From Clostridia bacterium (GTDB lineage: Bacteria > Bacillota > Clostridia > Oscillospirales > CAG-272), in NCBI GenBank assembly GCA_017621475.1, contig JAGATA010000031.1, forward strand, positions 1,929-65,928: DNA of 64,000 bases. The letters are read 5' to 3'. Shown here one piece after another: positions 31,307 through 41,805 of the stretch (the first letter of the stretch is position 1; every line of letters starts with the position of its first letter). The notes below the pieces were generated by a model that searched no databases, was not told the origin of the DNA, and saw only the letters and a list, made by a program, of their open reading frames with translations. The position numbers were made by a program, and so were the translations under genes.

Positions 31307-31963
31307 ATGAAAAAAAGCGTATATTCCGTAGTTCTTTCCGATGATGTTATAGCAGAGGTTGACAGACTCGCCTATATCAAAGGAACTAACCGTTCAAATA
31401 TGATAAATCAGATACTTGCAGAGTATGTTTCGCTCACAACGCCCGAAAAAAGAATAAACGACATCTTCGATGAGCTTTCTTCTCTGCTTTATTCGGGAGA
31501 AACGTTCAGAGAACTTTCTCCGCGCGCTCCCTCCGTTATGTCGATACGCTCCGCGCTATCATATAAATACAACCCGACAGTAAAATACACGGTGGAGCTT
31601 TATAAAATTCCGCAAGGCTCCTCTCAAGGGGAGATAAGAGTTTCCACAAGAACGCAAAACTCCGCGCTCATTTTGGAAATGCTTCATTTTTATAATATAT
31701 GGGCAGATATTGAATCACGTTACGGTTTTTCGGGAGAAAATTCTTTCGAGGACGGAGTTTTTCGCCGCCCGATAATTCTTCGCGAAAGTCCAATGCCAAA
31801 CGCAACGGCAAAAGTCGCGCACTCCGCAGGTGAAATGATTGCCGACTATATTTCTCTTTTCGATACATCTATGAAAACTTATTTTGCTGCAGTTTCGGAC
31901 TCCACGCAGAAAATTTTCAATCTTTATTATGATTACATTCGTACAAATCAAAAAATAATATAA
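31307..31963 (+). CDS. Ribbon-helix-helix (CopG/Arc-like) N-terminal domain protein with uncharacterised C-terminal domain (218 aa)
   Basis: GAGGTGA RBS then ATG 31307 (internal Met of the track ORF). VVLSDDVIAEVDRLAYIKGTNRSNMINQILAEYV fits the RHH strand-helix-helix pattern. Confidence 0.6.
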   Translation: MKKSVYSVVLSDDVIAEVDRLAYIKGTNRSNMINQILAEYVSLTTPEKRINDIFDELSSLLYSGETFRELSPRAPSVMSIRSALSYKYNPTVKYTVELYKIPQGSSQGEIRVSTRTQNSALILEMLHFYNIWADIESRYGFSGENSFEDGVFRRPIILRESPMPNATAKVAHSAGEMIADYISLFDTSMKTYFAAVSDSTQKIFNLYYDYIRTNQKII

Positions 31964-32026
31964 TACATTATATTATATAGTTTAGGAAGAAGTTTCGCAT
32001 TCTTTAAGTTAAAGGAGATGAAATTT

Positions 32027-34624
32027 ATGAATGCAGAAAAATTTACACAAAAATCTATGGAGGCTCTTCGTCTGGCGCAGACAACGGCGGCGGAAAACGG
32101 AAATAATTCGGTAGAAGAAGAACATCTTCTTTTCGCCCTCGTTTCTCAAGACGAAGGTCTTGTTGGGGAAATTTTTAAAAGTCTCGGTGCATCGAGCGAA
32201 AACATCAAGAGCGCGCTCGATGCCGCTATATCAAAATTCCCAAAAATAAGCGGCGGCGGTTATGATCCCTCTCGCATATATATTTCCGGCTCTCTTGATA
32301 AAGCGCTCTCCGCGGCAGAAAAGCAAGCCGAAAAAATGAAGGACGATTATATTTCCGTGGAGCATCTTCTCCTTGGCATAATGGAGCATCCGACGGAAAA
32401 TATCAAAAAAATATTAAATTCCCAAAACATCACCGCCGCAAAAGTGCTCGATTCGCTCAAAAAAATTCGCGGAAACCAAAAGGTGCAGAGCGATAACCCC
32501 GAAGACACATATAACGTCCTTAAAAAATACGGCACAGACCTTGTTGAGCGTGCGCGCGAACGCAAGCTTGACCCCGTTATCGGCAGAGATGAGGAAATTC
32601 GCAACGTCATCCGCATACTTTCGCGCAAAACGAAGAACAACCCCTGTCTTATCGGCGAGCCCGGCGTTGGTAAAACAGCTATCGCGGAGGGGCTTGCCCT
32701 TCGCATTGTCAGCGGCGACGTACCCGATAATTTGAAAGACAGAACAATATTCTCCCTCGACCTCGGCGCGCTTATTGCAGGCGCAAAATTCCGCGGTGAA
32801 TTTGAAGAAAGACTCAAAGCGGTTTTGGGGGAGGTAAAAGCATCCGACGGAAAAATAATTCTTTTTATTGATGAGCTTCACACCATCGTTGGTGCGGGCA
32901 AAACGGACGGTGCGCTCGACGCAGGCAACCTCTTAAAGCCCATGCTTGCGCGCGGCGAGCTTCACTGCATCGGAGCTACAACGCTCAACGAATACCGCCA
33001 ATATATCGAAAAAGACGCGGCTCTCGAACGCCGTTTCCAACCCGTTATGGTGGAAGAACCCACGGTTGAGGACACGGTTGCCATTCTCCGCGGTCTTAAA
33101 GAGAGATACGAGGTTTACCACGGCGTAAAAATTCTTGACAGCTCCATCATCGCCGCGGCAACACTTTCCGCAAGATATATACAGGACCGTTTCCTCCCTG
33201 ACAAGGCAATCGACCTTATAGATGAGGCGTGCGCGCTTATCAAAACGGAAATGAACTCTATGCCCACGGAAATGGACGAGATATCCCACAAGATAATGCA
33301 GCTTGAAATTGAAGAAGCCGCGCTTTCCAAGGAAACGGACAAGCTTGCAATAGAGCATCTTTCAGAGATAAAGGAAGAGCTTTCCGCGCTTCGCGATCAG
33401 ATGAACGAGATGAGGGCAAAATGGGAAAACGAAAAGAACAGTATTGAAAAAGTTCAAGCCATACGCTCTAAGATAGAGGACGTAAACAGCCGTATCGAAA
33501 AGGCGCAGAACGAATACGACCTTGCCAAAGCCGCAGAGCTTAAATACGGCGAGCTTCCCAAGCTTCAAAAGGAGCTTGAAGAGGAAGAAAAGAAAGCGGA
33601 AACGCAGAAAAACACTCTCTTACGCGACAGAGTTACGGATGACGAGATTGCAAAAATCGTTTCCCGTTGGACGGGTATTCCTGTTTCCAAGCTTGTGGAA
33701 GGCGAGAGAAACAAGCTTCTTTCGCTTGATTCCGTGCTTCACGAAAGAGTTATCGGTCAGGACGAAGCTGTTCGCAAGGTAAGCGACGCCATACTTCGCT
33801 CCCGCGCGGGCATAAAAGACCCTCGCCGCCCTGTAGGTTCATTCCTTTTCCTGGGACCTACGGGTGTGGGCAAAACAGAGCTTGCGAAAGCTTTAACGCA
33901 AGCCCTGTTCGATGATGAAAAGAGCCTTGTTCGCATTGATATGAGTGAGTATATGGAAAAATACTCCGTTTCCCGCCTTATCGGAGCACCTCCCGGATAC
34001 GTCGGATATGACGAGGGCGGTCAGCTCACGGAGGCTGTGCGCCGCAAGCCCTACTCCGTCGTTCTTTTCGACGAGGTGGAAAAAGCGCATCCCGACGTTT
34101 TCAACGTGCTTTTGCAGGTTCTTGACGATGGCAGGATAACGGACAGCCACGGAAAAACGGTAGATTTCAAAAATACGATAATAATCCTCACCTCAAATTT
34201 GGGTTCGGATATAATTTTGGACGGCATTACGCAGGATGGAGAGATAAGCGAGGGTGCGCGTGCGCGCGTGAACGAGCTTCTCAAACGCAGCTTCCGCCCC
34301 GAATTTCTCAACAGACTCGATGAAATTATTTTCTACAAGCCGCTTACAAAGGATAATATCCGCGGCATTGTAGAGCTTAAAATTGCGGAAATTGCCGCGC
34401 GTCTTGAAGAACGCCGCGTAAAGATAAAGGTTTTGCCCGCGGCTATTGAAGAAATTATCGAAAAATCTTACGACCCTGCATACGGCGCGCGCCCGATAAA
34501 ACGCTTTATCGGCGCAAACATCGAAACGCTTATTGCACGGAAGATGATAGAATGCGATATTGAACCCGACACGGAAATTTCCGTTGATTTTGAAAACGGC
34601 ACATTCACAGCCGCGATTTCCTGA
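32027..34624 (+). CDS. clpB: ATP-dependent chaperone ClpB (865 aa)
   Basis: AAAGGAG RBS 9 nt before ATG 32027. Clp N-domain, two AAA+ modules ([16 protein letters not shown]), a long coiled-coil middle domain between them, and the C-terminal D2 small domain. Confidence 0.95.
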   Translation: MNAEKFTQKSMEALRLAQTTAAENGNNSVEEEHLLFALVSQDEGLVGEIFKSLGASSENIKSALDAAISKFPKISGGGYDPSRIYISGSLDKALSAAEKQAEKMKDDYISVEHLLLGIMEHPTENIKKILNSQNITAAKVLDSLKKIRGNQKVQSDNPEDTYNVLKKYGTDLVERARERKLDPVIGRDEEIRNVIRILSRKTKNNPCLIGEPGVGKTAIAEGLALRIVSGDVPDNLKDRTIFSLDLGALIAGAKFRGEFEERLKAVLGEVKASDGKIILFIDELHTIVGAGKTDGALDAGNLLKPMLARGELHCIGATTLNEYRQYIEKDAALERRFQPVMVEEPTVEDTVAILRGLKERYEVYHGVKILDSSIIAAATLSARYIQDRFLPDKAIDLIDEACALIKTEMNSMPTEMDEISHKIMQLEIEEAALSKETDKLAIEHLSEIKEELSALRDQMNEMRAKWENEKNSIEKVQAIRSKIEDVNSRIEKAQNEYDLAKAAELKYGELPKLQKELEEEEKKAETQKNTLLRDRVTDDEIAKIVSRWTGIPVSKLVEGERNKLLSLDSVLHERVIGQDEAVRKVSDAILRSRAGIKDPRRPVGSFLFLGPTGVGKTELAKALTQALFDDEKSLVRIDMSEYMEKYSVSRLIGAPPGYVGYDEGGQLTEAVRRKPYSVVLFDEVEKAHPDVFNVLLQVLDDGRITDSHGKTVDFKNTIIILTSNLGSDIILDGITQDGEISEGARARVNELLKRSFRPEFLNRLDEIIFYKPLTKDNIRGIVELKIAEIAARLEERRVKIKVLPAAIEEIIEKSYDPAYGARPIKRFIGANIETLIARKMIECDIEPDTEISVDFENGTFTAAIS

Positions 34625-34686
34625 AAGTTCGGACAAAGCTTTTGTAAAATTGTTTCTTATTAAATCATTTTTTTGAATTATTTTAT

Positions 34687-34719
34687 AAAAGACCGCATCG
34701 ATGCGGTCTTTTATTTTTT
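34687..34719 (+). terminator. Rho-independent terminator of clpB
   Basis: AAAAGACCGCATC / GATGCGGTCTTTT stem followed by ATTTTTTG. Confidence 0.8.
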
Positions 34720-34845
34720 GCATAATTATAACGATTTGTGCGAAACATATTATCGTCCTTTTTCGACAATCTTATTTTATCCTACTTTATCTCACTTGTC
34801 AATACCTTATCTTGTTTTATTGTATAATTTTTTTGAGGTGAAATT

Positions 34846-35007
34846 ATGAAACCATTGAAAGAAAAGATAAGCATAACCATTGATGGAGATATTTTGGAAA
34901 AGATCAGAGAAGCCGCCGAAAAAGACGACCGTTCCCTATCGCAATATATAAATATTGTTTTAAAAGATCATTTGAAAAGAGCCGAAAATAATTTCGGTTC
35001 AAAATAA
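34846..35007 (+). CDS. Small ribbon-helix-helix (CopG-family, antitoxin-like) protein, 53 aa (not in the ORF track)
   Basis: GAGGTGA RBS then ATG 34846. Translation: MKPLKEKISITIDGDILEKIREAAEKDDRSLSQYINIVLKDHLKRAENNFGSK. Typical RHH pattern (beta strand ISITID, helices EKIREAA and RSLSQYINIVLKDHL). No adjacent toxin gene seen. Confidence 0.55.
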   Translation: MKPLKEKISITIDGDILEKIREAAEKDDRSLSQYINIVLKDHLKRAENNFGSK

Positions 35008-35048
35008 AAAAGCGTTTTTGAGGAAAATTCAAAATTTCTCGTTTTTTT

Positions 35049-35069
35049 CGGGAGGCGGAACGCCTCCCC
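35049..35069. repeat. GGGAGGCG-N3-CGCCTCCC hairpin repeat, copy 1 of 3 (inverted orientation relative to the others)
   Basis: CGGGAGGCGGAACGCCTCCCC. The reverse complement with its flanks resembles the copies at 41723 and 60013. Confidence 0.7.
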
Positions 35070-35213
35070 TACAAATATAATCATCTTTTTTGCAAAAAAC
35101 ATCAATTTTTAACCAAAATTCAAGCTTTCTCCGTAGGGTGGCTTGCCTTCAAGCCGCTGTTTTGCTTATTTTTTGCAAAAATCACACATTTTCTGCCGAA
35201 ACCATATTCGCGC

Positions 35214-35245
35214 AAAAAAACTCTCGCCGACAGCGAGAGTTTTTA
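35214..35245 (-). terminator. Rho-independent terminator of the EF-G-like gene
   Basis: The minus strand reads AAAAACTCTCGC-TGTCG-GCGAGAGTTTTTTT, directly after the stop at 35251. Confidence 0.8.
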
Positions 35246-35250
35246 ATATA

Positions 35251-37320
35251 TTACGCGTTTGCGTTAGCTTCAGCAATGATCTTCTGGGAAACTGCTTCGG
35301 GAACGTCCTCGTATCTTACGAACTCGAACGTATATTTGCCTCTGCCCTGTGTGATAGCGCGGAGCTGTGTTGCGAAATCGTTCATTTCGCCGAACGGAGC
35401 TTCCGCTTCGATAACCTGTTCGCCCTTCTTTTCTGTGTGTTCCATGCCGAGAACTCTGCCGCGGCGCTTGTTGATAGCGCTCATAATATCGCCGAGCATA
35501 TCGGAGGGAGCATAAACAAGAAGTTTACCAACGGGTTCAAGGATAACAGGTTTTGCTTTTGCCATACCAACTTTATAAGCCATATTAGCGGCAACCTTGA
35601 ACGCCATTTCTGAAGAGTCAACGGGGTGGTAAGAACCGTCATAAAGGTCTGCTTTAAGACCGATCATCGGGTAGCCTGCAAGAACGCCCTGCTGCATAGA
35701 ATCGAGCAAGCCTTTTTCAACCGCGGGATAGTAGTTCTTCGGAACAGTACCGCCAACAACGGACTGTGTAAATTCAAGACCGTCCTTTTCGGGAGCTTCG
35801 AACACGATCTTGATGTGACCGTACTGACCGTGACCGCCGGATTGTTTCTTATATTTAGCTTCAGTATCAGCTCTGCCGCGGATGGATTCGCGGTAAGCGA
35901 TCTTGGGTTTCTTGAGTTCAACGGAAACGCCGAAACGGGATTTAAGTCTTGCAACAGTTACGTCGAAGTGAATATCACCCTGTGCATAGAGAACCTGTTC
36001 TTTTGTTTCTGCGTTATTTTCGTACTTGATTGTGAGATCTTCTTCAAGAAGTTTGGAAATACCGGAAGCGATCTTGTCCTCATCGCCCTTTGCTTTGGGT
36101 TTGATAGCCATCTGCATAAAGGATTTCGGGAAGTCGATCTTTGTATATTTGTACATACGGGGATTTGCGGAGAGAGTATCATTTGTATTTGTGTCTGCAA
36201 GCTTCGCTGTCATACCGATATCACCTGCGCAGAGAGTATCAACCTCTGTCTGCTTTTTACCGCAGAGAGTGTAAATATGTGCCATCTTTTCGGAAGCGCC
36301 CGTTTCGATATTTATAAGAGCAGCATCGCGGTTAAGCTCGCCCGTCATAACCTTGAAATAGGACATCTTACCAACGAACGGGTCGGCAACTGTTTTAAAT
36401 ACGAACACGGAAGTATCTCCTGCTTCTTTGATGCGGAAGAATTTTTCGCCTTCGTCCGTCATAATTTTTTCAGCGCGTCGGGAGATGGGGCTGGGGAATG
36501 TATCAACGATAGTGTCAAGAAGGAGTCGAATACCCCAAAGGTTTGTTGCGGAAACGGAAAGGACAGGGGCAACCGTACCGGAAAGGAATCCTGAGGAAAG
36601 CGCAGTTACAACTTCTTCGTCCGTGAACTTTTCGCCTTCGAAGAATTTTTCCATAAGCTCATCGCTTGTTTCAGCGAGAGATTCCATAAGCATTGTGCGG
36701 TATGTTTCTACCTTGCCCATATACGCTTCGGGAATTTCCGTTGTCTCGCGAGTGCCATCTGCCTTGTATGTATATTTGCAAAGCTTGATAAGGTCGATAA
36801 TACCTTCGTTCCCCAAGCTTTCATTGATCGGGATGAACATCGGGCAAGCTGTGTGACCGAATGCATCGCGGATCTGCTTAAATACTTTTTCAAATTTTAC
36901 TTCGGGATCGTCAACCTTGTTGATAACGAATGCACGGGGAACATCCGCTTCCGCTGTGTAATCCATAGCGAGTTCCGTACCAACTTCAACGCCCGCTTTA
37001 CCGTCAACAACAACGAGAGCGGAAGCCGCAACGCGAAGAGCCTCTTTAACTTCGCCTGCGAAGTCAAAATATCCTGGTGTGTCCAAAAGGTTGATCTTTG
37101 TATCTTTCCAAGTCATATTTGCCATAGACATAGATACGGAGAAGCCTCTCTTTATGGATTCAGCATCGTAATCGAGCACAGTATTTCCGTCTTCAACCTT
37201 ACCGAGTCTGTCTGTCTGTTTCGATATATAAAGCATAGCCTCTGCAATGCTTGTCTTACCTGCTGCGGAGTGACCGAGCAAGCACACGTTTCTTATATCT
37301 TTTGCGGGGATTTTTACCAT
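35251..37320 (-). CDS. Elongation factor G family translational GTPase (stand-alone EF-G paralog, 689 aa)
   Basis: G1 GHSAAGKTS, DTPG, NKVD, and EF-G domains II-V by overall similarity (...GGHGQYGH..., ...VLEP...). Not adjacent to rpsL/rpsG/tuf, so probably not the canonical fusA. Confidence 0.85.
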   Translation of the reverse strand: MVKIPAKDIRNVCLLGHSAAGKTSIAEAMLYISKQTDRLGKVEDGNTVLDYDAESIKRGFSVSMSMANMTWKDTKINLLDTPGYFDFAGEVKEALRVAASALVVVDGKAGVEVGTELAMDYTAEADVPRAFVINKVDDPEVKFEKVFKQIRDAFGHTACPMFIPINESLGNEGIIDLIKLCKYTYKADGTRETTEIPEAYMGKVETYRTMLMESLAETSDELMEKFFEGEKFTDEEVVTALSSGFLSGTVAPVLSVSATNLWGIRLLLDTIVDTFPSPISRRAEKIMTDEGEKFFRIKEAGDTSVFVFKTVADPFVGKMSYFKVMTGELNRDAALINIETGASEKMAHIYTLCGKKQTEVDTLCAGDIGMTAKLADTNTNDTLSANPRMYKYTKIDFPKSFMQMAIKPKAKGDEDKIASGISKLLEEDLTIKYENNAETKEQVLYAQGDIHFDVTVARLKSRFGVSVELKKPKIAYRESIRGRADTEAKYKKQSGGHGQYGHIKIVFEAPEKDGLEFTQSVVGGTVPKNYYPAVEKGLLDSMQQGVLAGYPMIGLKADLYDGSYHPVDSSEMAFKVAANMAYKVGMAKAKPVILEPVGKLLVYAPSDMLGDIMSAINKRRGRVLGMEHTEKKGEQVIEAEAPFGEMNDFATQLRAITQGRGKYTFEFVRYEDVPEAVSQKIIAEANANA

Positions 37321-37522
37321 AATTTTAAGCTCCTTATTTGAGTATTACATAACCGTATAATGTCGGCTAATGATATAATTATATAGTAAATTTCTTCACA
37401 TTACAAGCAAAAATTTGTATATTTTCTGCAAAGCACAGAGAAAAAAATTCTTTTTCTTTGTGAATTTTATACAGATTATCATATTTTCGCGCAGTAAAAC
37501 ACGAAAAAACGCAAAAAATGTA

Positions 37523-37551
37523 TTGACAAGCGCGTCTCCGGAAAGTATAAT
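37523..37551 (+). promoter_or_regulatory. Consensus sigma-A promoter
   Basis: TTGACA (37523-37528), an exact 17-nt spacer, then TATAAT (37546-37551); 36 nt upstream of ATG 37588. Confidence 0.7.
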
Positions 37552-37587
37552 TATAGTTGTATATTTATATTTTTGGAGGATTTTAAA

Positions 37588-37785
37588 ATGCAGGTAACAA
37601 AGAATTCCATCATCGGTGATGTTCTTGATATGGCTCCCGAAACAGCTCAGTTCTTCTTTGAGATCGGTATGCACTGCCTCGGTTGCCCTTCCGCACGCGG
37701 CGAAAGCATTGAAATGGCTTGCGCTGTTCACGGCACAGATGCAGACGAGCTCGTTGCAAAGATCAACGCTTTTCTCGCAAAATAA
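37588..37785 (+). CDS. DUF1858-type small protein (hybrid-cluster-protein-associated redox disulfide domain), 65 aa
   Basis: GGAGG RBS then ATG 37588. The sequence ...IGDVLDMAPETAQFFFEIGMHCLGCPSARGESIEMACAVHG.D.DELV..IN matches the conserved M-H-C-(L/V)-G-C-P motif of this family. Confidence 0.75.
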   Translation: MQVTKNSIIGDVLDMAPETAQFFFEIGMHCLGCPSARGESIEMACAVHGTDADELVAKINAFLAK

Positions 37786-37901
37786 GTAAAGTTTATCCAT
37801 ATATTATATGTATGGCATAAACAGACATCATCACTACGAAGGTAAAGTTATCCCCCTTTTCCAAATACGGAAGAGAGGGATTTCTTTGAAAGGCAGACAT
37901 T

Positions 37902-38585
37902 TTGGAAATTACGAACAGACTTCTCGCCGCCGCTTCCCTCGTTCGGCACGGCTCATATATCATAGACGTTGGCACGGACCACGCATATCTTCCGATATAC
38001 CTCGTTCAAAACGGCATTGCTCGCGCCTGCCTTGCCTCCGATATTAACGAAGGTCCATGCGAAAGCGCGAAAAAACACATCGCAGAATGTGGGCTTTCGG
38101 ATAAGATAACGGTACGCAAAGCAGACGGACTTTGCGGTGCAAGCGCTTGTGGGCAAACGGACGTTATTATCGCAGGGATGGGCGGTGCGCTCATCTGCGA
38201 TATATTGGAAAAAGCGGATTTTATTAAAGACGGAAACGTCCGTCTCATCCTCCAACCGATGCGAAACGTACCAGATCTTCGCAAATATCTGCTTGATAAC
38301 GGCTTTGCCATCGTGAACGAGGTCCTTGCCGCGGAGGATGAGCGCATTTACGAGATAATTTGTGCCGAATTTTGCGTAAAAAAAGGAGAATATACTCCTC
38401 TTTCCCTTTTGCTCGGCCCCAAAAACATAGAAAACAAAAAGGAAAACGCCGCGCTTTTCGCCGCATTCTGTGAAAAAGCGGCTTCCGCCCTCAATAAAAA
38501 AATATGCGGTATGCGCGAAGGGGGACAAGATGCTTCCGAACAGGAAGCTCTCCTCTCGCTCGTTCTGCAAGAAAAGGAAGTGTGA
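37902..38585 (+). CDS. trmK: tRNA (adenine22-N1)-methyltransferase TrmK (227 aa)
   Basis: TTG start per the ORF track. Strong eye-alignment to B. subtilis YqfN/TrmK: IIDVGTDHAYLPIYLV, ASDINEGP, ITVRKADGL, VIIAGMGGALICDIL, RLILQP. Followed by nif3 as in yqfN-yqfO. Confidence 0.85.
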   Translation: MEITNRLLAAASLVRHGSYIIDVGTDHAYLPIYLVQNGIARACLASDINEGPCESAKKHIAECGLSDKITVRKADGLCGASACGQTDVIIAGMGGALICDILEKADFIKDGNVRLILQPMRNVPDLRKYLLDNGFAIVNEVLAAEDERIYEIICAEFCVKKGEYTPLSLLLGPKNIENKKENAALFAAFCEKAASALNKKICGMREGGQDASEQEALLSLVLQEKEV

Positions 38586-38588
38586 CAT

Positions 38589-39365
38589 ATGGCAATAGTA
38601 CAGGAACTTTACAACTATCTTGACGAAGTTATTCCGCGCTCTCTTTCATGCAGTTGGGATAACGATGGACTTATGCTCTGCCCCAACCCTTACGAAAAGG
38701 TAAACAAAGTATTGCTCGCGCTTGACGCAACGGACGAGGTTGCAGATTACGCCGTTCAAAACGGGTTCGACGTTATCGTGACTCACCACCCGATGATATT
38801 TTCCCCCTTGCGTTCGCTCTGCGCTTCTGACCCCATACCGCGCCGCGCGCTGTTTCTTGCGAAAAACGGTATCTCCGTTATGAGCTTTCACACACGCCTT
38901 GACGCGCGCAACGGCGGCGTAAACGATATGCTTGCAAAGCGCCTTGGCGTTATCAGCACGGTACCCTTCGGTCCCGAAGGCGAAAAGCTCGGCAGATTCG
39001 GCGTGCTTCCCAAGCCCATGGAATTCCGTATGTTCTGCGGAATGGTAAGCGAAGCGCTCGGAACGGATGCCGTAACAGCTATTGGAAACAATAAGGAGAT
39101 CCGCATGGTAGCGGTGCTCGGCGGCGGCGGAAAAGATTTTGTGGATTCCGCAATAGAGCTCGGCGCAGATGTTCTTGTAACGGGAGAAGTTACATACAAC
39201 GTAATGCTCGATGCCAAATCCCGCGGGCTCTGCCTTATAGCCGCAGGTCACTACCACACGGAAGTTCCCGTTCTCGATTCTCTCGGCGGAGCTATCAGAG
39301 AAAGATTTTACGATGTCCAGATCAAAAAATATCCCCACGACACAGAGGTGTTTATAGTTAAATGA
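38589..39365 (+). CDS. Nif3-family dinuclear metal centre protein (YqfO-like, 258 aa)
   Basis: WDNDGL, VIVTHHPMIF, and the C-terminal ...AAGHYHTE motif. Conserved synteny with trmK. Confidence 0.85.
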   Translation: MAIVQELYNYLDEVIPRSLSCSWDNDGLMLCPNPYEKVNKVLLALDATDEVADYAVQNGFDVIVTHHPMIFSPLRSLCASDPIPRRALFLAKNGISVMSFHTRLDARNGGVNDMLAKRLGVISTVPFGPEGEKLGRFGVLPKPMEFRMFCGMVSEALGTDAVTAIGNNKEIRMVAVLGGGGKDFVDSAIELGADVLVTGEVTYNVMLDAKSRGLCLIAAGHYHTEVPVLDSLGGAIRERFYDVQIKKYPHDTEVFIVK

Positions 39366-40879
39366 AAAAACTGTTAAGCAAACTTATAAGCAGACTTTCC
39401 ATCACGCTTCTGCTTATTGCGATACAGGCAGGCTGGGGCGTTGCGATGCTTTCGCGCGCCTCCGCTGTTTTTCCGTGGATAAACCGAATTTTCGGCGTTG
39501 TCGCCATCTTCGTTGTCATCTATATAATTAACAGAGACGCCAATCCTTCGTACAAGATAGCTTGGATAGTACCGATACTCATTTTTCCTCTTTTCGGTGT
39601 ATCCATCTACCTGCTCTACGGCAAAAAGAAGCCTACGAAATCTATGAGAAAGAAATTTAAGAAAAACGAATATATCCTGCGCGATAACCTTTCCCAATCC
39701 GAAGAAACCGTAAACGCTATGGATACACGCGATGCTTGCAGAGCTTCGTATCTGCAGCGATACAGCTACCCGGTTTACGGAAATACGCAAACGGAATATT
39801 TTCCATCCGGCGAAGCGCTCTTTCCCCGCATAATAGAGGAAATATCCGGGGCAGAACGCTTTATCTTCCTTGAATATTTTATCATAGAGGAAGGTACCGT
39901 TTGGAATTCCATTCTCGAAATACTTGCCAAAAAAGCAAAAGAGGGCGTTGACGTGCGCGTTATTTACGATGACGTGGGTTGTGTCAGCAAGCTTCCCACA
40001 GGTTACGCGCTCAAGCTCCAATCTATGGGCATAAAATGCACGAAATTCAATCCGTTCGTTCCGTTCGTCAGCGTCATTATGAACAACCGCGACCACAGAA
40101 AGATTCTCGTGGTGGACGGTCACACCGCTTTCACGGGCGGCATAAATCTGGCGGATGAATATATGAACATCACGCACCCTTTCGGATATTGGAAGGATAC
40201 CGCCGTTATGATGCGCGGCGAAGCGGCGTGGAGCTTTACATGTATGTTTTTGCAAATGTGGCACGTTATCCGCGGCAAAGAAGAGGATACTTCCGCCTTC
40301 CGTCCCGACGTAAGATACGCGCAAAAGTTCGCGGGAAAGGGCTTCGTTCAGCCGTTCAGCGACAGCCCCTTGGACGATGAGGCGGTTTCCGAAAACGTAT
40401 ATATCGATATTATTGCGGCGGCGCAAAAATACGTTTATATCTGCACGCCGTATCTTGTTATAGACGACAGAATGAAAAACGCGCTCACGCTTGCCGCAAA
40501 GCGCGGTGTTGACGTGCGTATCATCACCCCGGGCATCCCCGATAAAAAAATAATCTACCGTCTTACGCGCTCCTATTATCCGGAGCTTCTGCAAGGCGGC
40601 GTTAAGATTTACGAATACACCCCCGGATTTCTACACGAAAAAGCTATCGTTTCCGACGACAGATGCGCCGTTGTCGGCACAATAAATATGGATTTTCGCA
40701 GTCTTTATCTGCATTTTGAATGCGGCGTGCTTATGACGAATACAACTGCGGTCTTCGATGTGCGCGATGACACGCTCTCTCTTTTCCCCTCCTGCCGCGA
40801 GGTGGAAAAGATAAAAAAGAAAAATATTTTCGCAAGAGTATTCGATTCCATCCTCAGGACATTTGCTCCTCTTTTATAA
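39362..40879 (+). CDS. cls: Cardiolipin synthase (505 aa)
   Basis: Start overlaps the nif3 stop (ATGA). Two N-terminal TM helices. Two HKD motifs: HRKILVVDGHTAFTGGINLADE and HEKAIVSDDRCAVVGTINMDFRS. Confidence 0.9.
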   Translation: MKKLLSKLISRLSITLLLIAIQAGWGVAMLSRASAVFPWINRIFGVVAIFVVIYIINRDANPSYKIAWIVPILIFPLFGVSIYLLYGKKKPTKSMRKKFKKNEYILRDNLSQSEETVNAMDTRDACRASYLQRYSYPVYGNTQTEYFPSGEALFPRIIEEISGAERFIFLEYFIIEEGTVWNSILEILAKKAKEGVDVRVIYDDVGCVSKLPTGYALKLQSMGIKCTKFNPFVPFVSVIMNNRDHRKILVVDGHTAFTGGINLADEYMNITHPFGYWKDTAVMMRGEAAWSFTCMFLQMWHVIRGKEEDTSAFRPDVRYAQKFAGKGFVQPFSDSPLDDEAVSENVYIDIIAAAQKYVYICTPYLVIDDRMKNALTLAAKRGVDVRIITPGIPDKKIIYRLTRSYYPELLQGGVKIYEYTPGFLHEKAIVSDDRCAVVGTINMDFRSLYLHFECGVLMTNTTAVFDVRDDTLSLFPSCREVEKIKKKNIFARVFDSILRTFAPLL

Positions 40880-40896
40880 AAATTACAAAAGCAAAC

Positions 40897-40933
40897 AGAA
40901 AGGCTTCCTCTTACAGGAAGCCTTTCTTCTGTT
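40897..40933. terminator. Hairpin terminator between convergent cls and the alkD-like gene
   Basis: AGAAAGGCTTCC-TCTTACA-GGAAGCCTTTCT, followed by TCTGTT. Confidence 0.6.
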
Positions 40934-40994
40934 AACACGCAAAATTTCGTTTTTTAGAACTGTCAACTATAGAATTTTGATCTTTAAGAAAAAT

Positions 40995-41684
40995 TCAAAT
41001 TTTCAGCATTTTCAAAAATTCTTTTTGTTCTTTCGTTATGCGAAAGCTTTCCACGGCTTTTTGAATGGTCTTGTTATGCACCCAAGGTGAAAGCCGCTTT
41101 TCCGTCAAAAAAGGAATAACGGCATCGTATTTTTTTGCAAGCGCCGTGGCAAAATACCACGCTATCATCATTTTTACGTAATATTCTTCACTTTGAATGT
41201 GCGCCACGGCTTCCGCATAAGAAACGTCAAAGTCTTCATCAAGAAAATGGCGCATAAGCGTACCTATGCCGTATCTTACCGTATATGTATGGGGCGAAGT
41301 AAGCCATTCCCAAGTTTTTGCAAGGAGCGCCGTTTTGTTTCTTGCAAGCACCTTTGGGTTCATACAATCGCACGTTGCCCAGTTATCAACACAAGGCAAA
41401 AAAGCATCAAGTTCCGCGATAACTTTATCAAAATCCTTTATTTTTTCGAGCAAAAAGGCGTGAAGATTGTCTTCTTCATAATATTTGTGAGGCAAAACAC
41501 TCAAAAATTCCGCGGCAAGCGGAGTTTTTGAAAGCTCTGTGGCATATTTTCGCAAAATCGGAGTGCGAACACCTATAATTTTTTCTTTCGGAACCGTCGG
41601 CATAAGCGCGGATTGAAAATCGCGGTATGCGACATCCGAAAAAGAAAAAAGTTTTTCTCTTATGACTATTTCAAAATCTTTCAA
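40995..41684 (-). CDS. DNA alkylation repair protein (AlkD-like HEAT-repeat family, 229 aa)
   Basis: The pattern ...YRDFQSALMPTV....IGVRTPILRKYA... and ...VDNWATCD... is typical of the DNA_alkylation family. Confidence 0.75.
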   Translation of the reverse strand: MKDFEIVIREKLFSFSDVAYRDFQSALMPTVPKEKIIGVRTPILRKYATELSKTPLAAEFLSVLPHKYYEEDNLHAFLLEKIKDFDKVIAELDAFLPCVDNWATCDCMNPKVLARNKTALLAKTWEWLTSPHTYTVRYGIGTLMRHFLDEDFDVSYAEAVAHIQSEEYYVKMMIAWYFATALAKKYDAVIPFLTEKRLSPWVHNKTIQKAVESFRITKEQKEFLKMLKI

Positions 41685-41722
41685 ATCTATCTCCTTAATT
41701 ATTTTTGATCATTTTTGCAGGA

Positions 41723-41743
41723 GGGGAGGCGTTTCGTCTCCCG
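41723..41743. repeat. GGGGAGGCG-TTTCG-(T/C)CTCCC hairpin repeat, copy 2 of 3
   Basis: GGGGAGGCGTTTCGTCTCCCG followed by TTTTATTGAATTT. Near-identical, flanks included, to the copy at 60013-60033. Confidence 0.7.
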
Positions 41744-41769
41744 TTTTATTGAATTTGCACCGAAAAATC

Positions 41770-41796
41770 AAAAAAGTTGGCAACGCCAACTTTTTT
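41770..41796. terminator. Terminator after the DUF4340-like gene
   Basis: AAAAAAGTTGG-CAACG-CCAACTTTTTT, with symmetric A/T tracts, 10 nt after the stop at 41806. Confidence 0.7.
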
Positions 41797-41805
41797 GTTT
41801 TATTT

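Noticed and set aside
40863-41090. A 75-aa ORF in the cls/alkD-like intergenic region, and a 190-aa ORF at 56200-56772
   Set aside because: The first spans a terminator hairpin and the 3' end of the convergent alkD-like gene. The second is antisense to pyrE and reads through repeat copy B (its FLFERKSCKKKQK-type sequence comes from the AAAGAAAAAG palindromes). Neither has an RBS or a motif.
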